Assembly (NCBI GenBank): GCA_048937405.1
Contig: JBHLNF010000003.1
Span: forward strand, 224,001 to 288,000
From: Promethearchaeota archaeon
GTDB lineage: Archaea > Asgardarchaeota > Lokiarchaeia > Sigyniarchaeales > SOKP01
Direction of reading: 5' to 3'
DNA: 64,000 nt
A program made the translations under genes and the position numbers. A model generated the notes under the pieces. It was not told the DNA's origin and did no database searches. It was given only the letters and a program-made list of their open reading frames with translations. Numbering within the stretch: position 1 is the first letter of the stretch; every line of letters begins with the position of its first letter. This document shows positions 49,401-59,373 of the stretch, one piece after another.

Positions 49401-51944
49401 CAAAAGATTTATAGTAATATACAATGGCTAAATGATACATCCTTTGAAAATAATTTAATTCCAAATCCTTTCTGGTTTGAATCCTATGGAAATATAGGGG
49501 ATAATTCTGATGTTAGCGCAAAACTAGAATATACTGATAACTATGCAAATTTGACTGTTATAGGAGAAAACCACACTTTTTCGGATATCTCAGGAACTCC
49601 TCTTATTAGTAATTGGATAAGAGTTAATAATCCTGACTATCCTGATCTTCCAGATGATTCTGATATTACTGCAGAAGGATGTTGGGTTACCCATTACTGG
49701 AATGAAAGATCTGATCAATCTCCGAGTGTTCATTGGGATCAAAATGTTACAGTAGATCATGATATGTCAGATTACATAATTACATCAGTAAACTTAAGTG
49801 TTCTAGTCAATGCTACGGTTCAAGGTAATAACCCAGAAGGAGGAGGAATTGATATTGATGGTGATCCTAGTGTTTTTGGAGATACATATGATTATGTTAA
49901 ATTTTATGTATTATTTTCTGACATACCTAAGAATAAAGTATATGAGGTTGCTTCTTATCAATCAACAGACTTGGGGAATGATAGCGCCGGAACATGGGAT
50001 TATCTTTATGATACCTATTTGGATAATGTACCTCAAGATAGATTAATTGAATATCTCACTTCAGTCTTAAATACTGATAATAGAAACTTCACAATTACCT
50101 TAGGTATAAGGTTATGGTGTGAAGATAGTTCAACTGATGATATAGATAATTGGGATGAGCTATTAATTAAAAGTTGTAATTTTTCATTTACATATGAGAA
50201 AAAAATAAATCGATTTACAACTGTATCATGGAATCAAGATGCCCAGAAAATTAGCGATATCAGCCATTTTGAGAACGAAACGATAGTTCTTAATGAAGCA
50301 ATACTTAATTTCACATATAGAATTGATCCCAATTGGACCCAATCATCAATTAATTCTAAATTAAGAATTCTTATAAATAATAATCCCCATACCGAGACAA
50401 TTGAATTAAATACTACTAATGGAGATTTCCAGCCAGCAAAAATCGAAGGATTTGATGTCACTCATCTAATAATCGATGATATTAATGTGTCAATACAACT
50501 TTTTCTAGCAGATGAATTTAGTTTAGATCATAATATTACTATCTCCATAGACGATGTTGAGCTTAATATCACTTACACAATAATTTCTCCTCCTCAACTA
50601 ACTGATTTACAGTTATTTTTAAATGGTGACCCTACCCCTAGTTTAGAATTATATGTAGGGCAGCAATTAAATATCACAGTGAAATATGTAAATAAAACGG
50701 GTGAGCATATTCCCAACGCCACGATTTCACTTTCAGGTAATTTTACTGGAATTTTGGTAGAAAATAAATCATTGGAACAATATACTATCATTTTAGATAC
50801 AGAAATAGAAGACGTTGGTGCCAATTTCCTCACGATTATAGCTTATGCTGAAGATTATGAAATACAAGAAATATATCCTGCAATAACAATAAAGAAATAT
50901 CCCTCGCAAGGTCTACACGTAATCTTAAATAATGAAAATGTGACTACTGATCCGCAATTTGAACTCAACCTTGATGAAGAATTAAATATCACAATAAAAT
51001 ATCTAGATTCAATGGGCAATTTTATACCTAATGCTAGTGTAAGATTAATATCCGAAGGAATAACAAAAGATCTAAATGAAAGCTCAATATTCGATCAATA
51101 TAGTACTATTATTAATACATCTGATAGATTAAGAGTTGGTCTGAATTATTTGACAATTGAAGCTCAACACCAAATTTATGAAACTAACTCTTCAATTATA
51201 AGGCTTTATATTAGAAAATTTAACGTAGATATTTCTCCAGTATCAGGATCAAATAGAATAGAAATAAAAGCAGGTGGAGATATCAATTTAAGAATAAATT
51301 TGAATAATACTGATATTGAAGAATTAGTGAAAGGTGCTATTGTTACTTTTGTTTGGGAGGAAGGAGATGGGATTCTAACGGATTCTGATAATGATGGTAT
51401 TTATGAGGGAACTATTGAAGATATTCCAGAAGGTGCTTTTACTATTACTATCTCAGGTTTTGCAGGTGATGAATATGATATTCAAAATTATGATTTAACT
51501 ATCATAGCAATAGGAGAATCCCATCCTGAAACAACATTATTTCATATTTTATTCATTCTGTCTGTTATATTAATAATTGGACTACTAAGTTATCTAATTG
51601 CTTATCAAACCTATTTGAAATATCCAAGACAAGTACGAAAAGTAAGAAAATATAGAAAAACTTTGAAACGTGAACGAGATCCTAGTGTTTTTATTATGGG
51701 GCGAGAAGATACCTTTAAAAAACTCTATAGGAAAAATTTAATTTTTCTTCATATTCCTAAATTGAAAAGCCCCCCTTCAAAATCCTCATCTCAGGAAAAA
51801 AAGAAGACTTCTGATAAATTAGAAGCTGAAAAGGAAACCCAGAAGGTAGAATCTGAAAAATTAATTGAAAAGTCTCTAGAAAAGAAAGAAGAATTGGACA
51901 GAATAGTTGATAAATCACCAGATGAAAATTCCAAATCTGCTTAA
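46482..51944 (+). CDS. 1820-aa surface glycoprotein made of two homologous halves, 4 TM
   Basis: Repeated blocks SVHWD.N.T...DMSDY.ITSV, YDYV.FYVL.SD, KSCNFSFTYEKKI, LNIT.KY Ig-like repeats, D.NDGIYE and TM-LKYP.QVRKVRKYRKTL in each half. Confidence 0.85.
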   Translation: MTSKIIKRKDFSVFSIICMIMLSSLFILLIYTNQNIDSSFNDKNKESEYNNFRNPQMSTAKENLTAIWYKNPGFDDPIEPTWYSKFEGDQSDINATSGSGQANYEILGETRTYSRINGTPTSTYWKNVTNPERPALPDFNEIDNYGCHVSHTWIDPDDPSQMVSVHWDRNITLPVDMSDYFITSVSLSAEVNATVTTVGSGPLYRGGVDVAGDSIDTASPDFAKEYDYVRFYVLISDLEKNDVFEAAYNQTTNLGQDPVPGPSIPSISDTVIFTRPEESLISFLNTVLENDPNHESFTLSLGMRIFCADNGQGDRDTWDSLRFKSCNFSFTYEKKIDEFTTGSWCQDGDKITQVVNDTYVTINDAKLNFKYKINEDWTDLSPNSEIRIYINNNKLPEVLNLSKATTSFQLANNLGGFDVYDIINYDIYLNLSIQVYLAENFHLGTKKIISIDDVYLNISYTVEFPEYQTDIEVYFNNNNITANPIFEISAKTDLNITIKYPDEFGIHIPQAVVNLIGNLTATLIEDDLRGQYTIILNTEDLPIGQIYFNMLAHRINYEAQQLGALLIISKIETEKIQLFIDGEEKTTLPSVDVPLQKSLNITVKYKDTIGDHVPGATIQLVGDGVFENLDESLEFEQYSIILNTTLKFRLGLNDLSINAQKDRYEEQSAYPKITVRKINTLITPVSGSNNINIKPGQNADISVIINDADFNETIKGAIVTYTWEFGNGILTDDNNDGIYEEILENVPSGTHSVNITVYKSDIYNFESYEFIIYALRPKQDLLLFQILLIIGIIVSIGIGGYLYAYQKVLKYPKQVRKVRKYRKTLNKKHAPNISINDREKSFNSEYKQEVKNSSKFIRGKPSIKKPEESGKQKKKSEKSDIKLGSKNEVDSNIKMSDVNLNNQKSYHRKTLKRLRKLKFGILKLKKFQKFMSILIITILLFNFLIVSHYLYQNSKNSFYSQKDDFKDNLGISGQKIYSNIQWLNDTSFENNLIPNPFWFESYGNIGDNSDVSAKLEYTDNYANLTVIGENHTFSDISGTPLISNWIRVNNPDYPDLPDDSDITAEGCWVTHYWNERSDQSPSVHWDQNVTVDHDMSDYIITSVNLSVLVNATVQGNNPEGGGIDIDGDPSVFGDTYDYVKFYVLFSDIPKNKVYEVASYQSTDLGNDSAGTWDYLYDTYLDNVPQDRLIEYLTSVLNTDNRNFTITLGIRLWCEDSSTDDIDNWDELLIKSCNFSFTYEKKINRFTTVSWNQDAQKISDISHFENETIVLNEAILNFTYRIDPNWTQSSINSKLRILINNNPHTETIELNTTNGDFQPAKIEGFDVTHLIIDDINVSIQLFLADEFSLDHNITISIDDVELNITYTIISPPQLTDLQLFLNGDPTPSLELYVGQQLNITVKYVNKTGEHIPNATISLSGNFTGILVENKSLEQYTIILDTEIEDVGANFLTIIAYAEDYEIQEIYPAITIKKYPSQGLHVILNNENVTTDPQFELNLDEELNITIKYLDSMGNFIPNASVRLISEGITKDLNESSIFDQYSTIINTSDRLRVGLNYLTIEAQHQIYETNSSIIRLYIRKFNVDISPVSGSNRIEIKAGGDINLRINLNNTDIEELVKGAIVTFVWEEGDGILTDSDNDGIYEGTIEDIPEGAFTITISGFAGDEYDIQNYDLTIIAIGESHPETTLFHILFILSVILIIGLLSYLIAYQTYLKYPRQVRKVRKYRKTLKRERDPSVFIMGREDTFKKLYRKNLIFLHIPKLKSPPSKSSSQEKKKTSDKLEAEKETQKVESEKLIEKSLEKKEELDRIVDKSPDENSKSA

Positions 51945-51962
51945 TTAACTTCTTTTTTCTTA

Positions 51963-52523
51963 TCACTTTTGCATATCGCGTTTTAATAGAGCTAATATTA
52001 TAGCATCATGATATTCTCCTTGAAAAATTAAATATTGTTTTAAAATTCCTTCAATAATAAAGCCGCATTTTTCAAAAAGAGAAACTGATCTATGGTTTTT
52101 AATTGCAATATATGCTTCAAGTCTATTCATTTTTAGATGATTAAAAGCGATTTTTTTAATTAAATTTAAGGATCTCTCTCCCAATCCTTTACCCCAAAAG
52201 GATGGAAGTAGCCAAATTCCAATTTGAGTTCTTTTATGTTGCCAATTAATATTCCAAAGACTTATTGAGCCGATTTTAATTTTATCAATATTATGTAATT
52301 CGATAATATAATTAAATTGAAGATATTTGTCCCAATATCTTAAATAATTTTTAATTAATCCTTTCGAATGCTCTAATGATTCTAATGGCCTCAAAGATAA
52401 GTAATTTGTCAAATCTTTTTCACTCAGACTATTGAAAAAGAAATCAGCATCGTTTTTCAAAACCTTTCTAAGAAAAAGGTTGTGATCTTCAATTACTTCA
52501 ACTATTTCTAAGTTATTTTTCAT
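51963..52523 (-). CDS. RimJ/RimL-type GNAT acetyltransferase
   Basis: QIGIWLLPSFWGKGLG, NHRSVSLFEKCGFIIEGILK. Confidence 0.88.
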   Translation of the reverse strand: MKNNLEIVEVIEDHNLFLRKVLKNDADFFFNSLSEKDLTNYLSLRPLESLEHSKGLIKNYLRYWDKYLQFNYIIELHNIDKIKIGSISLWNINWQHKRTQIGIWLLPSFWGKGLGERSLNLIKKIAFNHLKMNRLEAYIAIKNHRSVSLFEKCGFIIEGILKQYLIFQGEYHDAIILALLKRDMQK

Positions 52524-52630
52524 ACTTGAACACTACAGAGTTCTATCTGTATAATAAAAAAAAGATATAATAAATCTTTCAAAAAAAAAGTTAAATAATT
52601 ATTATTGAATAAATAGGGAAATTCGAGAGT

Positions 52631-53461
52631 TTACATTCCCCCAGTGAATTTTGGTTCTCTTTTTTGTAGAAAGGCTTGGACACCTTCATTAACATCTTTA
52701 GATCCCGCATTTACTCCAAATCCTAACATTTCGAATTGGTTTCCAATTTCTATAGGTACTTGGGTTCCAAACTTTACTGCTTTCTTAATTAATAATAGAG
52801 CAGTTGTAGCTGCATTTCCTAACAATGAAGATTTTTCATGAATAAGCTTTTCAAATTCTTCACCCTCGTCGCATAGATAACTTACATGTCCCCATTCAAG
52901 CATTTTGTCTGCTGGAACACGCTCTCCAAAATAGCACATATTTAGCGCTCGATTCACTCCTATACGTCTTGCCATTCTTTGAGTACCTCCATTTCCAGGG
53001 AAAATACCTCTTGCTATTTCAGGAAATCCAAAAAATGATCTTTTAGTCGCAAGAATTATATCACAAACAAGAGTTAATTCACATCCTCCTCCAAAAGCAT
53101 AACCATCAACAGCTGCAATTACAGGTTTTGGAAATTGTTCAATCAAGCTATAATATCTGTGTTTTTGTTGCATAGAAATACTCCAATGAACTGGAATATT
53201 TGGTTTCATTCCTTTTCCCATAGGAGCAGCTAAATCAGCACCAGCAGAAAAAGCTGCTTTTTTTGTTACATTTTTTGTTCCTCGAATGACAATACATCTA
53301 ACAGTACTATCAAGCTCGAATTGTTCCATTGCTTCATAAATTTCTCTTAAAGTTTGCGTTGTTAGGGCATTTAATTTATCTGGTCTATTAATCGAAATTA
53401 CAGCATAATTACCTTCTTCATTCTTCTCTACTTCAACATGTTCAAATTTCTTTTCTGACAT
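52631..53461 (-). CDS. enoyl-CoA hydratase/isomerase
   Basis: NRPDKLNAL, AFSAGAD, GYAFGGGCEL, FGFPEIARGIFPGNGGTQR; ATG 53461 preferred as start. Confidence 0.92.
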   Translation of the reverse strand: MSEKKFEHVEVEKNEEGNYAVISINRPDKLNALTTQTLREIYEAMEQFELDSTVRCIVIRGTKNVTKKAAFSAGADLAAPMGKGMKPNIPVHWSISMQQKHRYYSLIEQFPKPVIAAVDGYAFGGGCELTLVCDIILATKRSFFGFPEIARGIFPGNGGTQRMARRIGVNRALNMCYFGERVPADKMLEWGHVSYLCDEGEEFEKLIHEKSSLLGNAATTALLLIKKAVKFGTQVPIEIGNQFEMLGFGVNAGSKDVNEGVQAFLQKREPKFTGGM

Positions 53462-53639
53462 TCCTTCCAACCTCTTTTATATTGTTTTTAAAAATTATCA
53501 ATATCTTGATTAAAAGATAATTAGTAATATTTTTACTAAAATTAAAAATTTGCAAATTGAATTGTCATTTTAAATTTTTAGAATTTAGACAGAATCAAAA
53601 AAAGAAAGAAAAAAAAGAGGAATATTAGATTTGATTTTA

Positions 53640-54812
53640 TTATTTCATCTCTACCCATTTACCAGATTTTAATAATTCACATGGTTTAAAATATTCTTTT
53701 CCTGTAAGTTCAACAAGCTCATTTAAAACTTCAACTTGTCTCTGCCATGTATTTACATTTGCAGCCATAGGCCCAGGCATATTCATCCCTGCTTTTAACG
53801 TCTCATCAATTACTTCCCAACTAGTTGTTACTCCTTCCTCTAAAACTCTGCATGCTTCATTTAACATAATTGCGATTGGATATTTCAACTGATAAATTTT
53901 CGCTTTACCTGCTTTTTTATCAACTTGTGGTCTCCCTTTAGACCAATCTCGAAATCCTTGACCTGTTTTCATACCTAATTTTCCTTCATTATATAGTTTT
54001 GTTATTACTTTTCCAGGCGCAAAATTAGGAGATAAGGTTTTAGAATAATACAATGCATTATGGTATATAACATCGATCCCAACAAAATCAGCTAGGATTG
54101 TCATTGACATAGGACCACCTAGGCCATCATTATCAAGTTGGTCCCAAGAGAAACCCTCTTCAGCGGCTCTATCAAAAACATAACTTTGATAAATTGTAAC
54201 AGGAGCAGTAACTCGATTGCAGATAAATCCAGGTCTATCCTTTAATACCTTTGCTATATATCTTTCTCCTCTAAGACAAGGTATCGATTTTGCAAATTCT
54301 ATTCCTAAGTTAATGATTTCATCAGATGAATGCTCACTATAAATGACCTCAATCAATCTCATTAAAGGTACGGGATTAAAAAAGTGCATTCCAATACATT
54401 TATCTGGTCTCCCTGATTCTTTTCCAATATCAGTAATACTCATTGTAGAGGTGTTTGAGGCAAGTATACAGTGAGGTGGAGCATTATCACCGCAGGTTTT
54501 AAAAACTTGTTGTTTAACATCCATTTTTTCAACAACTGCTTCAATCATTATATCTGCATCCTTTACTGCCGATGCTAAATCTGTTGATTTTTTACAATTT
54601 GCCATAAGATCAGCACCACTTTTTCCTTCTGGTAATGTCCCTTTTGCTTCGAGCTTTTTTATTCCCTCGTCAATTTTACTCCATCCTTTATCTACAAACT
54701 CATCTTTTATATCCACCATAGTAACATTATAACCAGCTAACAGCGCCATTTGACCAACTCCATGGCCCATTTGGCCAGCACCTACCACTACTAAATTTTT
54801 AATATTAACCAT
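53640..54812 (-). CDS. 3-hydroxyacyl-CoA dehydrogenase
   Basis: GAGQMGHG, EAVVE, ASNTST, GMHFFNP, KDRPGFICNR. Confidence 0.92.
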   Translation of the reverse strand: MVNIKNLVVVGAGQMGHGVGQMALLAGYNVTMVDIKDEFVDKGWSKIDEGIKKLEAKGTLPEGKSGADLMANCKKSTDLASAVKDADIMIEAVVEKMDVKQQVFKTCGDNAPPHCILASNTSTMSITDIGKESGRPDKCIGMHFFNPVPLMRLIEVIYSEHSSDEIINLGIEFAKSIPCLRGERYIAKVLKDRPGFICNRVTAPVTIYQSYVFDRAAEEGFSWDQLDNDGLGGPMSMTILADFVGIDVIYHNALYYSKTLSPNFAPGKVITKLYNEGKLGMKTGQGFRDWSKGRPQVDKKAGKAKIYQLKYPIAIMLNEACRVLEEGVTTSWEVIDETLKAGMNMPGPMAANVNTWQRQVEVLNELVELTGKEYFKPCELLKSGKWVEMK

Positions 54813-55166
54813 TTTTTTTTCCACCTATTTAGTTTTATTTTAAAATAAAATTTTTGTAAAGTTTAATTTAACATATGTTATATTTTTTTTTCAAATTTGA
54901 TAATGAAATCGATTTTTTGAGTGAATTAATATACATATTCCATCAATTTCTCGACCATAGATTTAAAAACATTTTTTTTTTTTCATAAAATAGAATCTAG
55001 TTTGATTTTAGGATATAACGTCCCAATAAAAAATAGTTTAGATTAATAAACAAATAGAATTTATTTATGAAACATCATAAATATCTTAGAATTAATTGTT
55101 TTAAGTATAAAGTACAAATAATTATAAATTTCAATTTAAAGGTTAGGTTAAAAAGAGGTTTGAAAA

Positions 55167-56294
55167 ATAAAAATAGCTAAAATTTATGGGATTGATATCA
55201 AACTACATCTGTCAACTTTATTAATTATAGTTTTAGTTGGCTTTTATTCAACAAATTTTTATCTTTCCTTGATATCAAATGCAACCATTATCGATTTAAT
55301 AATTGTTGGTTTGTTAAATGGCTTGATATTACTGTTTTCAATTTTAATCCATGAATTAAGCCATTCAATTATGGCACAAAAATATGGACTTGAAGTTAAA
55401 GAAATTGAATTATACCTCTTTGGAGGTGTTTCAAAAATAGAAGAAGAACCTAGAACACCTAAATCTGAAATGATTATTTCAATAGTTGGACCATTATCAA
55501 GTTTATTAATTGGATTAGGATTGATTTTATTATTTTTTCTACCTATCAACATGCCCACTATTCTTTCCATTACATTATTATATTCTGGTATTACAAATAT
55601 CGGATTAGGTTTTTTTAATCTTATACCTGCTTTTCCTATTGATGGTGGAAGAATATTAAGAGCTTATTTATGGAAAAGAAAAAATAATCTATTATCTGCT
55701 ACGAAATTCACTACCAAGGTAGGAATAGTTATTAGTTATGGATTTATGATTTATGGTCTTCTCCAGATGTTTACTTTTGACCTTTTTAGTGGATTTTGGT
55801 TAGTACTTATTGGTTCTTTCTTGAACTCTTCTGCAAAGCAATCATATCAGCAAACTAAAAATGATTTTATTTTATCTAATATAACTGTCAAGGATATACT
55901 TAGCGTACCATTCAAGGGGATACCAGTTGATAAATCTCTCAATCAAGCTATAAGAGATTATTTTATTCTTTATAAAAAATCATATTTCCCGGTAATTGAT
56001 AATGATAAGATAATAGGAATAATTTATTTTAAAGATATTAGAAACATACCGAACATAGAGCGAGAAAAATATAGTGTCGGTGAATTTATGAGAGGAATCT
56101 CTGAATTTCAATATATTGAAGAAGATCTATCTGGAAAGGAGGCTTTGAAAAAATTAAATAAATTAAGCTATGTTCCTCCACTTTTAATCGTAGAAGAAAA
56201 AAGTAGTAAAAAAGTAATTGGATTTGTAGGAAAGAGTGATCTTATCTCATCTATAGAATTTTGGAGCCAGAATATAGACCAAAAGCAAACTTAA
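55167..56294 (+). CDS. site-2 protease (M50) with CBS domains; start codon uncertain
   Basis: HELSH, FNLIPAFPIDGGRIL, CBS pair. The frame stays open upstream of the track's TTG 55269 with the family-like N-terminus IKIAKIYGIDIKLHLS. Confidence 0.8.
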   Translation: MKIAKIYGIDIKLHLSTLLIIVLVGFYSTNFYLSLISNATIIDLIIVGLLNGLILLFSILIHELSHSIMAQKYGLEVKEIELYLFGGVSKIEEEPRTPKSEMIISIVGPLSSLLIGLGLILLFFLPINMPTILSITLLYSGITNIGLGFFNLIPAFPIDGGRILRAYLWKRKNNLLSATKFTTKVGIVISYGFMIYGLLQMFTFDLFSGFWLVLIGSFLNSSAKQSYQQTKNDFILSNITVKDILSVPFKGIPVDKSLNQAIRDYFILYKKSYFPVIDNDKIIGIIYFKDIRNIPNIEREKYSVGEFMRGISEFQYIEEDLSGKEALKKLNKLSYVPPLLIVEEKSSKKVIGFVGKSDLISSIEFWSQNIDQKQT

Positions 56295-56321
56295 TGGAAT
56301 TATTTTACTGCAACTTATAAT

Positions 56322-56843
56322 TCAGTAATAAAATATTAGCTCCTCAATACAAAGATCTTTTTCAACATCATTTTCTAGATAATTTATTTCTACTTTCTTT
56401 AATTTACTACCTAATAATATTCTAAAAGCTGTTTCAAAATAACCTTTGTTTATTCTACAAAAAGCTTTACCAAATTTTAATTTTCCTCTATGTTTAATAG
56501 TTTCTCTTAGAAAACAATGGTTTTCAATAATTATTCTTACTTTTTCTGGGTATTGTTGAACTTCCCGAACCTGTAATGAATAAAATTCTTTAAGTTCATT
56601 CATTAAGATTTCAAGAATTTCTAGAATATCAAATTCTTCCTTTTTGTACAGGTTTTTAATTCTTTTTGCTATAATTTCACCCGGACCAGCACCTATTTGG
56701 TACAATATAGAAAGTAGACTATTTCTTCCAAAAATATCGAGTATTTTATAAACCATTGATTCTGAAATAATTTCGAAGCCCTTTAAAGGTTCAATATTCG
56801 AAAGATCATTTTTAATTCTTATATTATATTGTTCTATATCCAT
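56322..56843 (-). CDS. V4R-like / hydrocarbon-binding domain protein
   Basis: ILYQIG...G, IIENHCF, FCRINKGYFE, terminal C pattern. Confidence 0.55.
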   Translation of the reverse strand: MDIEQYNIRIKNDLSNIEPLKGFEIISESMVYKILDIFGRNSLLSILYQIGAGPGEIIAKRIKNLYKKEEFDILEILEILMNELKEFYSLQVREVQQYPEKVRIIIENHCFLRETIKHRGKLKFGKAFCRINKGYFETAFRILLGSKLKKVEINYLENDVEKDLCIEELIFYY

Positions 56844-56947
56844 ATGAAGATCCTCTAATTCCGATAAATAAGATTAATAATAAAAGCAATTAATTTTTTA
56901 AAAATTTAATTTTTTAAAAAAAAAAGTATATTCATAAAGAATATATT

Positions 56948-57706
56948 TTATAATATTGCTGTTTTTCGTTGAAACAGAAGAATACCAATGATTATCAATA
57001 CTAATGCCCATATAGCTATTAAAATTAAATTTAATCCAACCAGATCAAATGCAATACTGCCATCAAGCATTACAGCACTTAGTGCTTCTCTTGCTAGAGA
57101 TGTCGGTATAAAATCTATAATTGGTTCACCAGTTAATCCACCTAAAAACTGGAGAGGTAAAATAATAAACCATGCAAGTCCCGCCGCAGAACCAGAAGTT
57201 TTCACAACAGAGGCAAGTAATAAACCAAATCCAAGAGACATTATTGCTACTAAAAATGGAATGAAGAATAATAAGAAGATATTTGCATTCGAATCGAAGT
57301 GTGCTCCGAATAATAAACTCAGCATTAGTATAATAATAATTTGAATTGCTGCTACAATTAGTTGTGAAAACATCCCTGAGATTAATATTGCTGAACGTGA
57401 AACAGGTGTAGTTATTAACCGTTGTAAGGTTCCTGATTGTTTTTCCTCAGCAAAATGACTAGCTAATTGTGAAATTAATACAACTGGAGCCAAGATTATA
57501 ACACCTGGTGCAAAATATTGGTAAATTGTAAGTGTGGTACCTTCAACAAGATCATCTCCATATGCAAATTTTAATAAAAGTATGAATACAAACGGATAAC
57601 CAAAAATCCATAATAACTGAAAAATTTCGCGAAACATTGATTTAAAATTTTTAACAGTCAAAAACCATATTTGTTTTAAGGATTTGGGTTCAAAATGTTG
57701 CTCCAT
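56948..57706 (-). CDS. ABC-2 type exporter permease
   Basis: EEKQSGTLQRLITTPVSR; 6 TM; overlaps the ATPase stop by 1 nt. Confidence 0.9.
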   Translation of the reverse strand: MEQHFEPKSLKQIWFLTVKNFKSMFREIFQLLWIFGYPFVFILLLKFAYGDDLVEGTTLTIYQYFAPGVIILAPVVLISQLASHFAEEKQSGTLQRLITTPVSRSAILISGMFSQLIVAAIQIIIILMLSLLFGAHFDSNANIFLLFFIPFLVAIMSLGFGLLLASVVKTSGSAAGLAWFIILPLQFLGGLTGEPIIDFIPTSLAREALSAVMLDGSIAFDLVGLNLILIAIWALVLIIIGILLFQRKTAIL

Positions 57707-58653
57707 TAATCTCTCAACCTCCTACCAGTTAAATCAATAAATACGTCCTCTAAAGTATTTTGACGAACCGAAATGTCTTCCATTTTCACTTTAATTGTAT
57801 CCATAATCTCAGAAACACGCCTTAACCCATCAAGTGCATTCAGAATTATCCTATGTTTACCAACTGGTTTTCCCCATTGCACAAAATCTAATTTTGTAGC
57901 TAGTGCAATAATTTCATCCCGTTGATTTATATCTTTAATTTTAAATTCTAAAATATCTCCCTCACCTAATTTTCCTTTTAATTCATTAGGAGTACCTTGA
58001 GCTATAATTTTTCCATAATCAATTATGATTAATTCATCTGAAAGATCATCTGCTTCTTCCATACTATGTGTCGTAAGAATAATAGTAGACTCTTTTTCTT
58101 GAAAATCTCGTATAAAATCCCAAACAACTCTTCGGGACTGAGGATCGAGACCTGCTGTAGGTTCATCAAAAAATAGTAATTCAGGTTCATGAATTACCGC
58201 CATTAATACATTAACTCGTCGTTTCATTCCACCAGAATAATTTTTAACTAAATCATTTGAACGATCCAACAAATTCATTTTTCCTAACAAGTCATCTGTT
58301 CTTTCTTTGTAATCTTTTTTTGACATTCCATGCATTTGGGCAATTAAATGAATATTTTCTCTAGCATTCAAACGTGGATAAAGTACAAGCTCTTGAGGAC
58401 ACACACCTATACGTTTTTTTATTTCTAAAGCCTCTTTTTTAATATCAAAGCCTAGTACTGATGCATCACCACTAGTTGGGTGGAGTATTGTCGATAATAT
58501 TTTTATTGTTGTTGTTTTACCTGCCCCATTTGGTCCAAGAACTCCAAATAATGAGCCTTTTGAAATCCGTAGATCTATTCCATCAACAGCATGAACATCC
58601 CCAAAATATTTTTTTAGATTTCTTGTTTCAATAGCTAAATCCAAAATTATCAC
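57706..58653 (-). CDS. ABC exporter ATP-binding protein (DrrA-like)
   Basis: GPNGAGKTT, YSGGMKRR, FFDEPTAGLD, TTH. Confidence 0.93.
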   Translation of the reverse strand: MIILDLAIETRNLKKYFGDVHAVDGIDLRISKGSLFGVLGPNGAGKTTTIKILSTILHPTSGDASVLGFDIKKEALEIKKRIGVCPQELVLYPRLNARENIHLIAQMHGMSKKDYKERTDDLLGKMNLLDRSNDLVKNYSGGMKRRVNVLMAVIHEPELLFFDEPTAGLDPQSRRVVWDFIRDFQEKESTIILTTHSMEEADDLSDELIIIDYGKIIAQGTPNELKGKLGEGDILEFKIKDINQRDEIIALATKLDFVQWGKPVGKHRIILNALDGLRRVSEIMDTIKVKMEDISVRQNTLEDVFIDLTGRRLRD

Positions 58654-58755
58654 TATTATTAAATTAAAATTAGATAGAATTATTTTTAATTCAATAAAAT
58701 ATAAATCTTTTTACAGATTAAGACCTAATAATTTAAAAAACCAAATAGCAGTGAT

Positions 58756-59313
58756 CTACTTAGATATATTCTGCAGAACTTTTTCAAATTCATTATAATC
58801 TGCCTCAATCTCAAGACAAATGGATAAATTTCTTAAGTTTTGATTTTTTTCTACAAGGAACTTTTTCATTGTAGGAAGCATTGTTTTAGCGCATAGTTTA
58901 GAAGTGATTCCTCTCATTTCTATAGAGATAGGAGGAAATACAATCGAAGTAATACCTATCTCGTCGGCTAAAAGTAATGAGTTCCAAGTGGCCAACATTA
59001 ATTTTTTCCCTTCGTTTCCTTGTCCTGGCCTTGGACCATTAGTATGTATTATATATCTTATAAAATCACCCCCAGAGGTAAGTATAGATTTTCCTACCGA
59101 GACTTGAATTATTTTATTAATTATTTTATTACATTCAACTTGTACCTGAGTTCCAGCTTTTTTTAAAACTTTACACCTTAGATCACCACTAGGGAGGAGC
59201 CTACTATTAGTAGGAATCACAATTGCGTCATATTGTTCAATATTGGTTAAATCCCCTATAAAAATTTCAATAATCGAATTGTTAATAGTTATTTGATGCA
59301 TTAAAAATATCAC
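58756..59313 (-). CDS. macro domain protein (degenerate ADP-ribose loops)
   Basis: IGDLT...DAIVIPTNSRL, YIIHTNGP, SIVFPPIS. Confidence 0.8.
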   Translation of the reverse strand: MIFLMHQITINNSIIEIFIGDLTNIEQYDAIVIPTNSRLLPSGDLRCKVLKKAGTQVQVECNKIINKIIQVSVGKSILTSGGDFIRYIIHTNGPRPGQGNEGKKLMLATWNSLLLADEIGITSIVFPPISIEMRGITSKLCAKTMLPTMKKFLVEKNQNLRNLSICLEIEADYNEFEKVLQNISK

Positions 59314-59373
59314 CTAATTAGATATATTTAAATTTTAGGTTTATTAAAAAGAATCAAATACAGTTATTACTAA

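Noticed and set aside
58756-59313. Macro domain as the ThsA-like effector of the TIR proteins (Thoeris)
   Set aside because: It lies about 19 kb from the nearest TIR gene, is a stand-alone domain without TM or SIR2 effector, and its ligand loops are degenerate
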